A DNA stretch of 64,000 nt, from IMG/VR virus record IMGVR_UViG_3300032116_000102, positions 21,560-85,559 of that record; one strand, written 5' to 3'. Source of the stretch: a virus. Shown in pieces: positions 9,169 to 19,553 of the stretch (positions are counted from its first letter, which is position 1; every line of letters begins with the position of its first letter). The notes beneath the pieces were generated by a model. It was given only the letters and a program-made list of their open reading frames with translations. It made no database searches and was not told where the DNA came from. A program made the translations under genes and the position numbers.

Positions 9169-9417
9169 ATGGTATCCAAACGTAAGCCAACTCTTAAACA
9201 ACTATTTAAAGAATGGATTTGCTATGAAAAAAAGAAAAGTGAGCTTACAAAACTTAAATGGAACTTAGATGCCCTTGGTAATCAGGTTGCGTCAGGTACT
9301 GAATTAATTGTTTATGAGGATGATGTGTATCGAATTACTAAGACAAATTATTCAAGATACGGAATGAACTATAGCGTTGAACGTATTGCTAGCGCTGAAG
9401 AACTTCCTGAGAAATAA
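9169..9417 (+). CDS. hypothetical protein
   Basis: AT-rich 82-aa ORF. Confidence 0.5.
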   Translation: MVSKRKPTLKQLFKEWICYEKKKSELTKLKWNLDALGNQVASGTELIVYEDDVYRITKTNYSRYGMNYSVERIASAEELPEK

Positions 9418-9681
9418 ATGGATTACCTTGACATCACCAAAATAGAGCAGTGCCCAGTCTGCGAAGTCAGCTGGATTCATTCCTATATTCCTCAAGAATC
9501 TATTGACAAAGGTTATTATTCACCAGAGTCAAAATTCTTTAGCCGTGTTATTGGTGTGGAGTATCTGGGCACTGACCGTATTAATCATTATCAGTGTCCT
9601 GATTGTGGTCAATGTTGGAATAGAAAAGGTGAGATGATTGAAGTTAAACATAAACCAGTTGATCTCTCGTCCTTGAGGTAA
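9418..9681 (+). CDS. small Zn-finger protein
   Basis: CPVC...CPDC. Confidence 0.6.
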   Translation: MDYLDITKIEQCPVCEVSWIHSYIPQESIDKGYYSPESKFFSRVIGVEYLGTDRINHYQCPDCGQCWNRKGEMIEVKHKPVDLSSLR

Positions 9682-9697
9682 GACGTTAAACTGCCTC
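9668..9697 (+). promoter_or_regulatory. leader pseudoknot motif, copy 2
   Basis: CGTC-CTTGAGGTAA-GACG-TTAAAC-TGCCTC. Confidence 0.65.
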
Positions 9698-9719
9698 TCA
9701 CACAACCTTCTGGCATCAC

Positions 9720-10535
9720 ATGAACCAAGCTTTTGTCTGTGCTCAAACCACAGAAGAACCCCGTGAGGTTTCTATCTCTGCAACCTCGTACGCCCTGCGT
9801 TGCAACATCCTTCTACCACCTGTTGGTAATAAGGCACCTACTCCAATTGAACTCAACGTCTACGGCAAGAACTCTGAGCGATTTGCACGCACTGCAAAGA
9901 ACTCATTGATCTATATCCATGGCGCCAAGTTGCGTTATGACTTGGAGTCACGCACCCATTCACTTCATGGTGGTGTGATTACCACGGTCACAGAATCCTT
10001 TCCGATTTTGAACACAATCATCCTCAGTGGTCGTTGTGTTAAAGACATTCAACAGGATGATACGCGTGCCTTTAAGACAACAGCAGAAGGCCTGATGATT
10101 TGCAATCAGACGCTCTCTGTTAATACAGGGCGTAACCAAGCAGATCTCTTTAACTTTTACGCAATCAACTCCCATCAAGACAAGCTGAATAATGCTCAGC
10201 TTTTGGTAGACTTCACTCGCAAGGGCACAGGCCTGACGATCAATGGTCGTCTGGTTACTGATGCCTGGCAAGATAAGGAAACCAATCAGCGCCGCAGCAT
10301 CACCAAGATTCAACTGGTTTCCATGACCTTGGCACCAAAAGCATCGGGTGATACAGCAGCTCAGCCGATCAAGGCACAGACTGTGGTCGCTAATGCAGAT
10401 AACGTCACTCCACTCTGGGGTGGACGCACCGCTGAAGAACCAACAGATCCCTGGAACGCAGCATCGGGTGGTGGACTGCCAGATCTGCCTGGGCAATACG
10501 GCAATGCACCTGACCTTGAAGAGGTTCCTTTCTGA
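9720..10535 (+). CDS. ssb: single-stranded DNA-binding protein (probably two OB folds)
   Basis: 'LSGRCVKD', 'RKGTGLTINGRLVTDAWQDKETNQRRS', acidic tail ending EEVPF. Confidence 0.85.
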   Translation: MNQAFVCAQTTEEPREVSISATSYALRCNILLPPVGNKAPTPIELNVYGKNSERFARTAKNSLIYIHGAKLRYDLESRTHSLHGGVITTVTESFPILNTIILSGRCVKDIQQDDTRAFKTTAEGLMICNQTLSVNTGRNQADLFNFYAINSHQDKLNNAQLLVDFTRKGTGLTINGRLVTDAWQDKETNQRRSITKIQLVSMTLAPKASGDTAAQPIKAQTVVANADNVTPLWGGRTAEEPTDPWNAASGGGLPDLPGQYGNAPDLEEVPF

Positions 10536-10777
10536 TGTCAACACCAACTCACGATCAATTCACTTTTCTTTACGAAGACGAAGGCAAAAAAGTTTTGTGC
10601 GAATTCCAGGCGGTCTTCACTGAAGAAGTCGTCCGGGAATTTGCAGACTTTGTACGGGGCTGTGGGCATCATGACGACAATGTTTTTGGTGCCATGGCTC
10701 AGTTAGCTGCAGACTACTTTGAGTGTAAAGAGAATCCTGTCCTTCCAATTGCTAAGGACAATGAGGATCTAGACTGA
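10535..10777 (+). CDS. hypothetical protein
   Basis: 80-aa ORF coupled to ssb. Confidence 0.55.
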   Translation: MSTPTHDQFTFLYEDEGKKVLCEFQAVFTEEVVREFADFVRGCGHHDDNVFGAMAQLAADYFECKENPVLPIAKDNEDLD

Positions 10778-10782
10778 GCCTC

Positions 10783-10810
10783 CGTCCTGGGATGACGTTA
10801 AACTCATCCA
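10783..10810 (+). promoter_or_regulatory. leader pseudoknot motif, copy 3
   Basis: CGTC-CTGGGAT-GACG-TTAAAC-TCATCCA. Confidence 0.6.
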
Positions 10811-10830
10811 CTCCTGACTACGAACAAACC

Positions 10831-11847
10831 ATGACTACCTCCATGACCACCAAGAAAACTGCTGCGCTTGCAACACGTGGACTCGACTCCTTCCGGATGT
10901 TTCAGTCCAAAGAATTTGTATCTGGCTACCAGAACCTCGTCACAATTCAACCTCTCAACAAATCAAAAGTACGCGGATGGTTCATCCGTAAATCCGATCT
11001 TGATACCTGCGGTTGGCTTGCAACTGAAGATCAGTTTGCTAAAGGCTCAGTCATCTGGGATTACAAGCAAACGTTTGGCATGGCACCCAACACCTCCGTT
11101 GAAGAGGGCTTGAACTTTACTGAGCCACGCATTCAAATCCTGTTGCGTTCTCCTCTGATGGTTGAAGAAACCACAGGAATGCGTCAAACGATTGGTACCT
11201 TTGAGCACCCAGAGGTTAAGGAATTGTTTGATGCCGACAAGATTGCAGCCGACCTTGCCAACAGCAAGGGCGAGATGTACAAGCGTAAGTACAGCGTACG
11301 CACCAAATACCTCATCTACATTGTGACTGAGGACAACAAGCGTGCCCATAAGATCCCAATGGTCCTTACCCTCAAGGGTCTAAACGGTACCGATGTATCC
11401 GATAAGGTCAAGCTGTACGAGAAAGAAATGTCCAAGTGCCTGAGCAAGGCGCTGGATTCTGAAGTGCCCCTTGCCTTTAATGAAAAGTTCTACGCCACTA
11501 CCGTATTTGCTCCGGTACTTGCCAATGAGATGCGTGGAGCCAACAACGTTGAGATCTGCGCAATTGAATCTTTTGACATCCCTGATTACAGCGATCAAGA
11601 CGCCGCCGTCGAATCGCTGAGCCGCATGTCAATTCCTGATGAAGATCGTGAATCAACCTGGAAGTTCCAGGAGATGTTTGGTGATTACATCAATCAACAT
11701 GCACGTCAAGATGCAGAGAAGTTGGGTGGTGCCTATGGCATCAAGCAAGGTGTCGAGATTCTGCCTGTGTCCCGTACCACGGATACAGTTGATGTGAAGG
11801 CTCTGCCCTCTCGTGATCCAATGACTGGAGAAGACAGCTCACTTTGA
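10831..11847 (+). CDS. conserved hypothetical protein (DUF5895-like)
   Basis: 'PRIQILLRSPL..RTKYLIYIV..HKIPMVLTLKGLNG'; lies next to ssb. Confidence 0.5.
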   Translation: MTTSMTTKKTAALATRGLDSFRMFQSKEFVSGYQNLVTIQPLNKSKVRGWFIRKSDLDTCGWLATEDQFAKGSVIWDYKQTFGMAPNTSVEEGLNFTEPRIQILLRSPLMVEETTGMRQTIGTFEHPEVKELFDADKIAADLANSKGEMYKRKYSVRTKYLIYIVTEDNKRAHKIPMVLTLKGLNGTDVSDKVKLYEKEMSKCLSKALDSEVPLAFNEKFYATTVFAPVLANEMRGANNVEICAIESFDIPDYSDQDAAVESLSRMSIPDEDRESTWKFQEMFGDYINQHARQDAEKLGGAYGIKQGVEILPVSRTTDTVDVKALPSRDPMTGEDSSL

Positions 11848-12099
11848 GTTGACATCTGGGTTAGCCAATCCGTCAGGTTCAACTGAAACATTGTTGAAAA
11901 TGAACATGTCTTGGACTAACCCACGAATTACACCTTGACGTTGCGTAGCGATCCTTGCTAAAAGGGTCGCTATTTCCTTTAACGTATTAACCGAATCACA
12001 ATCTTGAATTGATCGTTTGACTTTTTCTTCCCAGAACTTGTCATCAAGCGTTGGTTCGATTTGAAATTTGGTTAAAGGTACGTATTTAATTTCGTCCAT
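11839..12099 (-). CDS. small helical protein, weakly NblA-like
   Basis: TLDDKFWEEKVKRSIQ..LKEIATLL. Confidence 0.4.
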   Translation of the reverse strand: MDEIKYVPLTKFQIEPTLDDKFWEEKVKRSIQDCDSVNTLKEIATLLARIATQRQGVIRGLVQDMFIFNNVSVEPDGLANPDVNSK

Positions 12100-12420
12100 T
12101 TTGTATTAATTTGTTGCAACAATTCTACTTACCTAATCAACTACCACGCAAACTTTCCATTTGTGTTAAGGATTCCTAACATGAAACCTGAAGAAACGTC
12201 AGCGATTAAAACAGCTGGTGCAACATTTGCAGCTAGTGCAGTAGTTGCTTCTATCATTGGAAACCCCGTGTGCTGGGCCGCTGTTCTCTACGGCACCTAC
12301 CGCATGGGCAAGGCTGCGTACAAACACGCCAAAGCCAATGCTAAGATCAAACCGAATCAGGAAGAAGACACGTCGTTTTGGCACGTCTGATTTCCGTTCC
12401 ACTCAACCCAACTCAAACTC

Positions 12421-13365
12421 ATGTCGATCCAGGCGCAGACCGAACTCCATTCGGCGCAAGCTCTTATTTATTCTCGCTCCAACATCCGGAGGGCGTATCC
12501 GGAATTTGATGACACCGCAATTGCTGGGATTTATTTGCGAGGCGACAATTGCATTGTGGTGCGTCATGATGGTAGCGAGCAAAGCTACGACCGGACACTA
12601 ATCAAAGCTCGGTTCCAGACTTACACCAATCGTCTCAAAGATTTCTTTTCTTACCTTGGTCCCAATTACCGTGGCCCTAGTGTATGGCATAACAATGCTT
12701 ACATTCTTTTTAAGGGCTGGCACTACACGCACGCACTCGGACATCTGACCTCCAATGCAAAACTACAAGCTCACTGGGCAGACAAATTTATACACGTATC
12801 AGACCCCGCTAAAATCACAGCGCTCCTTCAGTCTGACCAAACGGACCTGGGCCATCTGGTGGCGCCAGACGGACTTCGGCTTCCGAATCGGCCGCTTGAT
12901 ATGGACACTGAGCTGGACGACAGCCAAGAACAACAGCCGTTGTTTGGCAAACCTAGCTGCTCGTGTGGGTCGTTTCAACGTCAGCTCAACAACCTATCTG
13001 CTTTCCAAGAAGAGATCGAGGGATTTAAACCCTGGTGCATCCATCTGACTTGGTTCAACAAGTACAGGGAACTATTGTGTAAGCGCACGGATGTCCGGAA
13101 TGCCAGTCCTAGTGGTACCCCAGATAAGTGTGTGGCCTGGTGGTATGCACCGACCGCTGATCACGTCAGTGACGGACGCTTTGTTTTATTGCATACTAAG
13201 TCAGGGGCACAGGCTCCACTGACGCACTGGCGTACTTACAAACCCAAAGAAGTGTTCACACAGCATGATGCTTGGGATTTATTTTTCAATATGATGGAGG
13301 CGGGTTACACACCATTCCCTGGTACATCACTGCCACAACTCAAAGCTGCTATCAAAAAACAATGA
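12421..13365 (+). CDS. SWIM-type Zn-finger protein
   Basis: CSCGSF...WCIH. Confidence 0.6.
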   Translation: MSIQAQTELHSAQALIYSRSNIRRAYPEFDDTAIAGIYLRGDNCIVVRHDGSEQSYDRTLIKARFQTYTNRLKDFFSYLGPNYRGPSVWHNNAYILFKGWHYTHALGHLTSNAKLQAHWADKFIHVSDPAKITALLQSDQTDLGHLVAPDGLRLPNRPLDMDTELDDSQEQQPLFGKPSCSCGSFQRQLNNLSAFQEEIEGFKPWCIHLTWFNKYRELLCKRTDVRNASPSGTPDKCVAWWYAPTADHVSDGRFVLLHTKSGAQAPLTHWRTYKPKEVFTQHDAWDLFFNMMEAGYTPFPGTSLPQLKAAIKKQ

Positions 13366-13619
13366 CACCTGACACAAAAGAACTGGTTGACAAAGCACTT
13401 GAGTTGCTTGATAAACCAGTTGAAGCTAAAGCAACCACTGAATTTCACACCTATCACCTTGAAATCCCTGATGATATCCACTGGATTTTGGTGGCATTGG
13501 GGGCAGGATCCAAACAACATCAAGAAGATTATGCAGAAAAAGTATTGATTGATTACGCTGTCTTGTGTTATGACCGCATGGCAGCTATGGATTCAGACAA
13601 AACTAAACAAGAAAAATGA
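13362..13619 (+). CDS. hypothetical protein
   Basis: ATGA-coupled ORF. Confidence 0.5.
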   Translation: MTPDTKELVDKALELLDKPVEAKATTEFHTYHLEIPDDIHWILVALGAGSKQHQEDYAEKVLIDYAVLCYDRMAAMDSDKTKQEK

Positions 13620-13926
13620 TGTTATCTAACGGCAAATACTCTTTGCACCTTGAGGTTGATGAAGACACCTACTGGGGTCTTGTTAAACTTGGTGCCGAGA
13701 TTAGAACCGATTGTGAAACCTATGCAGAAAACCTACTTGGAGGACATGTTGAATCTGAACTCGATCGAAAAGCTGCAGATTGAATACATTGATGAAGAGG
13801 ATGGTACCGGTACCATTCATATTGAATGGGATGACACAGATCCTGATCTTCAATGGTGGACCGACTTGGGTCCAGAAGGTCAAGAAACCTTTATAATTGA
13901 TGCACTCTATGCTGCCCTTGAGTGCT

Positions 13927-14319
13927 ATGTCGATTGACACCTACGGACTCCCGTCCGAGCAATACGAAGAGTTCTTTGAAGACAACCTACAATTTTCTGC
14001 AAAGCTCTACGTCAAGGCCTGTCAGATCCTTAGGGATAACGGTGCTGGTGCCATTGATTTCAAGACGACTCTTGATCTGTATCAAGAAGCTATCTATGGA
14101 ACCAATGATGACTGTCGCAAGTACCAGAAGGTCAACAACCCTGAAGCCGTCAAGGACAACGATTTGTTTGGCCTGACCCCATCCAGGGAAGAGCTGATGG
14201 AAGAGATCCAGGCTGTCAACGTCAAGGTTGAAGCGCTGGTCGACTACATCGCACGGCTAGTCGAGACCACAACCGATGGTCTCGATCGACTAGCTGAAGC
14301 CATGGATAAAGACGCTTGA
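13927..14319 (+). CDS. hypothetical protein
   Basis: ORF with C-terminal coiled coil. Confidence 0.55.
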   Translation: MSIDTYGLPSEQYEEFFEDNLQFSAKLYVKACQILRDNGAGAIDFKTTLDLYQEAIYGTNDDCRKYQKVNNPEAVKDNDLFGLTPSREELMEEIQAVNVKVEALVDYIARLVETTTDGLDRLAEAMDKDA

Positions 14320-14355
14320 CTGGCCTGGTAGACTAATATCCCACGGGGGTGTGGG

Positions 14356-14383
14356 CGTCCTGGTCATGACGGTAAACTGACCA
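14356..14383 (+). promoter_or_regulatory. leader pseudoknot motif, copy 4
   Basis: CGTC-CTGGTCAT-GACG-GTAAAC-TGACCA. Confidence 0.65.
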
Positions 14384-14402
14384 CTCCACTTCATCTCAAC
14401 TC

Positions 14403-14522
14403 ATGTTTGAATCCTTGTTTGCTGCTGTACTTCCAGTTGTTAAAGATCTTCTTTGGGCCGCCGCAGGCATGGCCCTTACCTACTTGCTCAACAAAATCCA
14501 AACTCAATTCAACACCATTTGA
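14403..14522 (+). CDS. 39-aa hydrophobic peptide (not in ORF track)
   Basis: MFESLFAAVLPVVKDLLWAAAGMALTYLLNKIQTQFNTI. Confidence 0.55.
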   Translation: MFESLFAAVLPVVKDLLWAAAGMALTYLLNKIQTQFNTI

Positions 14523-14524
14523 TC

Positions 14525-15238
14525 ATGGCTCACATCACTCAGACTAAACTTGAAGATCTAAATATCATCAAGCTATACGAGCACTATGGTGCCCTGGAAC
14601 GCTCTCTTCCTCTCCTTACTCCTGAGTCCCAGGAACTGGCAAAGGCCGAGCTGGAATGTTGCGCCAACCTACGGTCTGAAAAGATTGATCGTGTCCATTA
14701 CGCGATGGCTGCCCATGAAGATGCTCTGGAGCGAATTAAGAAAGAAGGAGATCTGATCGCCCAGGCCAAGCGTCACCATGAGTCGCAACTAAATCAACTC
14801 AAGAACTTGCTAGGTTGGCTACGGCGTGCATTGCCGCTGGACTGCAACAGAATTCAAGGCAGGAACTATGAGTTTGTCCTTTCCAAGAAGAAGGACCTCA
14901 CGGTCGAGATCACATCGGATCCGGAGTTTTGGCACACTGACGAAAGAAAAAAGTACTGCATCCAGCAGGAAGTCACCACAACCAAAAGAATCGTGGTACG
15001 TTCAATGTCAGGAGAAGTTCTATCCGATAGAACAGAACCCAAAACAAAAACAGAAACCCTCCCAAACCTTGATGCAATCCGCAACGCTTACCAAAACGGT
15101 GAACACCTACCGACTGGAGTCAAAGTCGAGCAACAATATGCAATCCGAAAAAATCGCCTCTTCTCTACCAAGTGGATGGAAGCACAAGCACCCGAATATT
15201 TCGGAGAGCTTCTACCGGAACCTGACTCCGCCGACTGA
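14525..15238 (+). CDS. siphovirus Gp157-like coiled-coil protein
   Basis: EKIDRVHY..IKKEGDLI..PNLDAIRNAYQNGEHLPTGVKVEQ. Confidence 0.65.
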   Translation: MAHITQTKLEDLNIIKLYEHYGALERSLPLLTPESQELAKAELECCANLRSEKIDRVHYAMAAHEDALERIKKEGDLIAQAKRHHESQLNQLKNLLGWLRRALPLDCNRIQGRNYEFVLSKKKDLTVEITSDPEFWHTDERKKYCIQQEVTTTKRIVVRSMSGEVLSDRTEPKTKTETLPNLDAIRNAYQNGEHLPTGVKVEQQYAIRKNRLFSTKWMEAQAPEYFGELLPEPDSAD

Positions 15239-15488
15239 CTTGGAAGATGCACACATCATGATGTGCTGCCATCAACAATCCGTTGATGACTTCCAGATGC
15301 AGATCGATATGCTGGATATTGAAATCAGCATGCTCTGTGAAGAGGGGCGTGAAGTTCCCGCCTATCAAGAAGCCAAGCTTGATGAGCTAGAAGAACGTAA
15401 ACTCAAACTGCTTTCGGGTAAACGGTTTCATCAGAATGCACGCCATGCCTATTGGTATGTCACTGCACGTGGTGATAAAAACAACTGA
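15138..15488 (+). CDS. hypothetical protein
   Basis: Overlapping ORF. Confidence 0.45.
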   Translation: MQSEKIASSLPSGWKHKHPNISESFYRNLTPPTDLEDAHIMMCCHQQSVDDFQMQIDMLDIEISMLCEEGREVPAYQEAKLDELEERKLKLLSGKRFHQNARHAYWYVTARGDKNN

Positions 15489-15521
15489 AGTAAAATAACC
15501 TAACAGTGCAGTTGGGGTTCC

Positions 15522-15785
15522 ATGGCAAATGAAGAGCTGATCAGTAAATTACTGCAGAGCTTCACGGCAGATGGGACCCCACTTCCTGCGTTAATCGGTA
15601 ATAAGTTGGAATGGTCGGTCACAATCTTGACCGCTGCCATGCTTTCCAATGAAAACCTGGCATCATCAATGGATGCAGAAGAGATGGTTGATGCTGCAAT
15701 CAACTACTCCAATCTGATCCAAGAACGTCTTGGTTATTACGAAAGCGTCAAGGTCCATTCTTTAGAACGACTTCTCGGTACTTGA
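15522..15785 (+). CDS. hypothetical protein
   Basis: 87-aa ORF. Confidence 0.55.
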   Translation: MANEELISKLLQSFTADGTPLPALIGNKLEWSVTILTAAMLSNENLASSMDAEEMVDAAINYSNLIQERLGYYESVKVHSLERLLGT

Positions 15786-16016
15786 TAAAAGTTACTGCTA
15801 CAGTATTTGAGTCTTCTTTGGATTAAATGGAACCTGTTGTTGTGCCAAGGTTGACCGTATCCTTTGCGGTTGACATTGACGTTGAATATAATTCCTTCGG
15901 TGGTAAAACTGCCGATGAAATTGCAGACGCTCTACAAGATGATCTTGATGATCTGTTATTTGAGTTGAGCCCTTACGTCAAAGGCGTCTATACTTCTACA
16001 ACAGCCGTTAACTTCA

Positions 16017-16307
16017 ATGACTGACAACCTCGAAAAGAAGCTCCGCACTGCCGGTGCCTTTGATACGCCTTGGCTGAAAGAGCAGCTCCGTAATTGGAAC
16101 ACCAAAGCCGAGCAAAAGAAAGCAGACTTTATGGAGCACATGTATCAGTGCTCTGGTCGTAGCAACGGTTTGTACACCGGCCTGTGGCAAGACTTCTGCC
16201 TGACAGAAGCTGGTCCTTACTGCCGTGATGAATACTTCCGTCGCGTTGAATTTGTCAAAGATTTAGAAGCCGGTAAGTTTGCAGGACAAGAAGTTATTCT
16301 TTCTTGA
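16017..16307 (+). CDS. hypothetical protein
   Basis: 96-aa ORF. Confidence 0.55.
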   Translation: MTDNLEKKLRTAGAFDTPWLKEQLRNWNTKAEQKKADFMEHMYQCSGRSNGLYTGLWQDFCLTEAGPYCRDEYFRRVEFVKDLEAGKFAGQEVILS

Positions 16308-16513
16308 CAACGTAACTGAAGCTACAACTTAGAATAGGGGAGTGCTTCATTATTAAAGCATTCCCTTTTTTATGGATGAGCGATCTCCTATCGCTGCTCT
16401 TAGGCAGCTTGATATCAATTACATCCTTTATGTAACAGAAAGAAATAACCCCAAATGTAAACAACCGGTGTCAGATGATTGGTTGCAGGGCTATCATCAA
16501 GCTGTAAAGGATC

Positions 16514-16939
16514 TTGCTTCTTACCTTGGCACAAACCACGCAACCTGATACGCTTAACCAGGTTTATTCAGAAGCCTTTGAAGAGTTCAATAAAAAATTA
16601 CGTGCACCTGATGGGCTAACGGCTAAAGACCGTAGAGAATCCACCAAAGAAAAATCAGACTACATCAAACAAAACTTCAAACCAGAGGCTGATGTGCTTA
16701 AAGCCCCAGACAACAAATGGTCGGACTTTTTTCAGGAGTCCAAGAGCAAAGCAAAAGAACGCCTGCGTGAACACCTAGGCGATACCGTTAGCGAATTTGT
16801 TGACACCAACGTCTTGACTGGCAATGAATTTTTTGAGGTATTGCTTGAAGTGGTCTATGACAACTGGCAATACTACCAAAAAAATGCAAACGAAAATCAA
16901 GCTTTACTCAAGCTTTTGCAGAATGTAAATAACGATTAA
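16514..16939 (+). CDS. hypothetical protein
   Basis: 141-aa ORF before a terminator. Confidence 0.5.
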   Translation: MLLTLAQTTQPDTLNQVYSEAFEEFNKKLRAPDGLTAKDRRESTKEKSDYIKQNFKPEADVLKAPDNKWSDFFQESKSKAKERLREHLGDTVSEFVDTNVLTGNEFFEVLLEVVYDNWQYYQKNANENQALLKLLQNVNND

Positions 16940-16958
16940 TTACATTTGATGCGTATTT

Positions 16959-16987
16959 GCAGTGGCCGTAAGGTCACTGCTTTTTTA
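16959..16987 (+). terminator. intrinsic terminator
   Basis: GCAGTGGCC-GTAA-GGTCACTGC then T7. Confidence 0.85.
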
Positions 16988-17033
16988 TGTCAAACATACT
17001 GAACCTAAAATAAAATCACGTAGCTAAAGACTA

Positions 17034-18353
17034 ATGCCTAACTATAGAGATCCAACGGACGAGAACTTATACCCCGTACATAAAGTTCAGACTTGTAGTG
17101 GGCGTCCATTAGAAGTAATTACTGCAAGTGGAAATAATGTTTACGTCCAGCCAGCTGGCATGGCAGGCGATGCTTTTGGACGTACTCGCGTATCAGCGCC
17201 TTTAACTTTATTTGATTCAAGCCATCGTTATAACGACAATGGTTTGTGGTCGACATCCAGTGGCACAGGGGCAACTTATGCATTTAATGCAAACGAAGGC
17301 CTTGTTGATCTCAATGTAACCACTGCATCTGGATCTGAAATCATCCGGGAAACAACTAAGGTTTGTTCATATCAACCAGGGAAATCCCTGTTGTTTATGT
17401 CAACCTTTGTCATGAATCCTGCAAAGGCAAACCTACGACAGCGAGTTGGTTACTACGGTGCTGCCAATGGCATGTACCTGGAAGTCAGTGGTACTACAGG
17501 ACCAGCCCTGGTCGAACGTAGCTCAGTAAGCGGAAGCGTTAATGAGACACGGGTGCTACAAGCCAACTGGAATATTGACAAACTGGATGGCAACGGACCA
17601 TCTGATTTTACCCTTGATATCAGCAAGGCGCAAATCCTTTGGTTTGATATTGAATGGCTTGGTCTTGGTACTGTGCGTGCAGGGTTTGTAATCAATGGTT
17701 CATTTATTCACTGCCATTCATTCCATCACGCCAACTTAATTACATCCACCTATATAACAACGGCATCGTTGCCGTTGCGTTATGAAATTACCAATGTAGG
17801 TACTACGGCAAGCAGTAGTACCTTAAAGCAAGTCTGCTCAACCGTACTGTCGGAAGGCGGCTATGAACTGCGTGGTGCACAGTCTGCAATCGGAACTCCA
17901 GTTGCCTCTCCGCGTGATTTGACAAACGCTTCTACTGAGTATCCTGTCATCTCTATCCGCCTTAAATCAACCCGTCTTGACGCAATTGTCATCTTGACTG
18001 CGTTGTCAATTATGGGTATCACCAATAACGCAAACTACAACTGGAAAGTGATTGTTGGTGGTACAACCTCAGCTGGTTCATGGGATACCACGGGAACTAA
18101 TTCATCCGTTGAATACAACATCACTGGTACATCCTTTACGATTGGTACAGGACGCATCCTGGCCAGTGGTTTTGCCACCGGTTCCAACCAAGGGTCGACT
18201 GTTATTGACATCTTGAAAGAAGCATTGTTTTCATTCCAGCTAGAGCGTAATGGTCTGACTGGTACGCCCATAGAATTAACTTTGGCGTGCAGTACTGCAC
18301 AAGCTGGTTCTGACATCCTTGCCTCTATGGACTGGGAAGAGATCAGTCGTTAG
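17034..18353 (+). CDS. probable virion structural protein (beta-rich)
   Basis: DAFGRTRVS..YQPGKS..WLGLGTVR; Ser/Thr/Gly-rich. Confidence 0.55.
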   Translation: MPNYRDPTDENLYPVHKVQTCSGRPLEVITASGNNVYVQPAGMAGDAFGRTRVSAPLTLFDSSHRYNDNGLWSTSSGTGATYAFNANEGLVDLNVTTASGSEIIRETTKVCSYQPGKSLLFMSTFVMNPAKANLRQRVGYYGAANGMYLEVSGTTGPALVERSSVSGSVNETRVLQANWNIDKLDGNGPSDFTLDISKAQILWFDIEWLGLGTVRAGFVINGSFIHCHSFHHANLITSTYITTASLPLRYEITNVGTTASSSTLKQVCSTVLSEGGYELRGAQSAIGTPVASPRDLTNASTEYPVISIRLKSTRLDAIVILTALSIMGITNNANYNWKVIVGGTTSAGSWDTTGTNSSVEYNITGTSFTIGTGRILASGFATGSNQGSTVIDILKEALFSFQLERNGLTGTPIELTLACSTAQAGSDILASMDWEEISR

Positions 18354-18405
18354 CATGAAATTGTGTAATTAGTTCCCGTTACAATAGAATTACTGCTAAA
18401 AAATT

Positions 18406-18957
18406 ATGTATACTCCTGGTCCTCAAACGGTTCCTATCCCACAAACCCCTGGACCTGAAGCGTTGCCTGAACCCCAGGCTAAGCCAAAAGGTCCGGCGCG
18501 TTCAAAGAATGGTGATGTTGGGGCCTTCATCCAGCAGTGCATCTCCCTCTGCTCCTACCTCAAGGAACTTCAGACACAATCCCATCTGATTCACTTGAAC
18601 TACGAGGGGCCGAACTTCCTCGGGGTGCATGCCTTCCTTGGAGATCAGTACGAAGCTCATCTGACTCAATTCGATACGTTGGCTGAATTCATCAGGTCGA
18701 TGGATTACCTGATGCCAATGTGCGCCAGGGGTTTGGCTGATGCCGGCCCTGGTATCCAACACGTTACCAGCTACAAGGGAACCGATCAACTCACCACGTA
18801 CTACAAGAACCTGGAGGAGCTGGGCATGAAGACCAAAAAGCTGGAGCCCATTGCCGCCAAGGTGGGTGCCATTGATATCCAGAACTACATGGCTGACCTC
18901 TGTGGTCAAGCCTTTAAGGCCGCTTGGTTCGTTAAGGCTACGTTGCGGAATGGTTGA
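18406..18957 (+). CDS. Dps/ferritin-like protein
   Basis: SHLIHLNYEGPNFLGVHAFL..YE..FDTLAEFIR..KAAWF. Confidence 0.8.
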   Translation: MYTPGPQTVPIPQTPGPEALPEPQAKPKGPARSKNGDVGAFIQQCISLCSYLKELQTQSHLIHLNYEGPNFLGVHAFLGDQYEAHLTQFDTLAEFIRSMDYLMPMCARGLADAGPGIQHVTSYKGTDQLTTYYKNLEELGMKTKKLEPIAAKVGAIDIQNYMADLCGQAFKAAWFVKATLRNG

Positions 18958-19538
18958 TGGAATTTTTTAATGAAGAATCACTAGCCAATCTTCCTGTTGA
19001 TTACGGTGATATTGCAATGACGCGTGGACAAGCGCGTCAAATCATTGATCGGTTTGCCCAGGAAGCTGTTAAGAAAAACATCACGCCAGATGCTTTGTAT
19101 GATGGTCTTTATTACTTAGGACAAGTTGGACAAAGTCCTGACTTTTCTCGTAGCATGATTCGCAACACGTTAAAGAGTCCTATGGGATCTTTAGTTGTGG
19201 AAAATCCTGGGCTTGCATCTCAAGTTGTTGGTCAATTTGGGGGGATGCTTCAAGCCGGTGGTGTTAATCCAGCCTTAGCTGGTAAACATATGGGATTAAT
19301 TGGAAGCCTTTTACAAGAAGCAAAAAAAGATAATCTACTCCGTTCAAACGTAACAACTGAAGAGGTTCGTAAAGAAATTCAACAACCTATGCACGGTGCC
19401 TTGCAAGACTGGTTAAAAGCAAATCAAAAAAACTCTGCAGTTGCTGATGTTTTATTAAAGTCTCGTTTCGGTGCTGCAAACATCGGTGCAGCAGCAGCAA
19501 CTAAGTTTGACCTACCACGTCTTGCTGTTGATTTTTAA
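18954..19538 (+). CDS. hypothetical protein
   Basis: 194-aa ORF. Confidence 0.55.
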   Translation: MMEFFNEESLANLPVDYGDIAMTRGQARQIIDRFAQEAVKKNITPDALYDGLYYLGQVGQSPDFSRSMIRNTLKSPMGSLVVENPGLASQVVGQFGGMLQAGGVNPALAGKHMGLIGSLLQEAKKDNLLRSNVTTEEVRKEIQQPMHGALQDWLKANQKNSAVADVLLKSRFGAANIGAAAATKFDLPRLAVDF

Positions 19539-19553
19539 TTAAGGAGTAAATAA

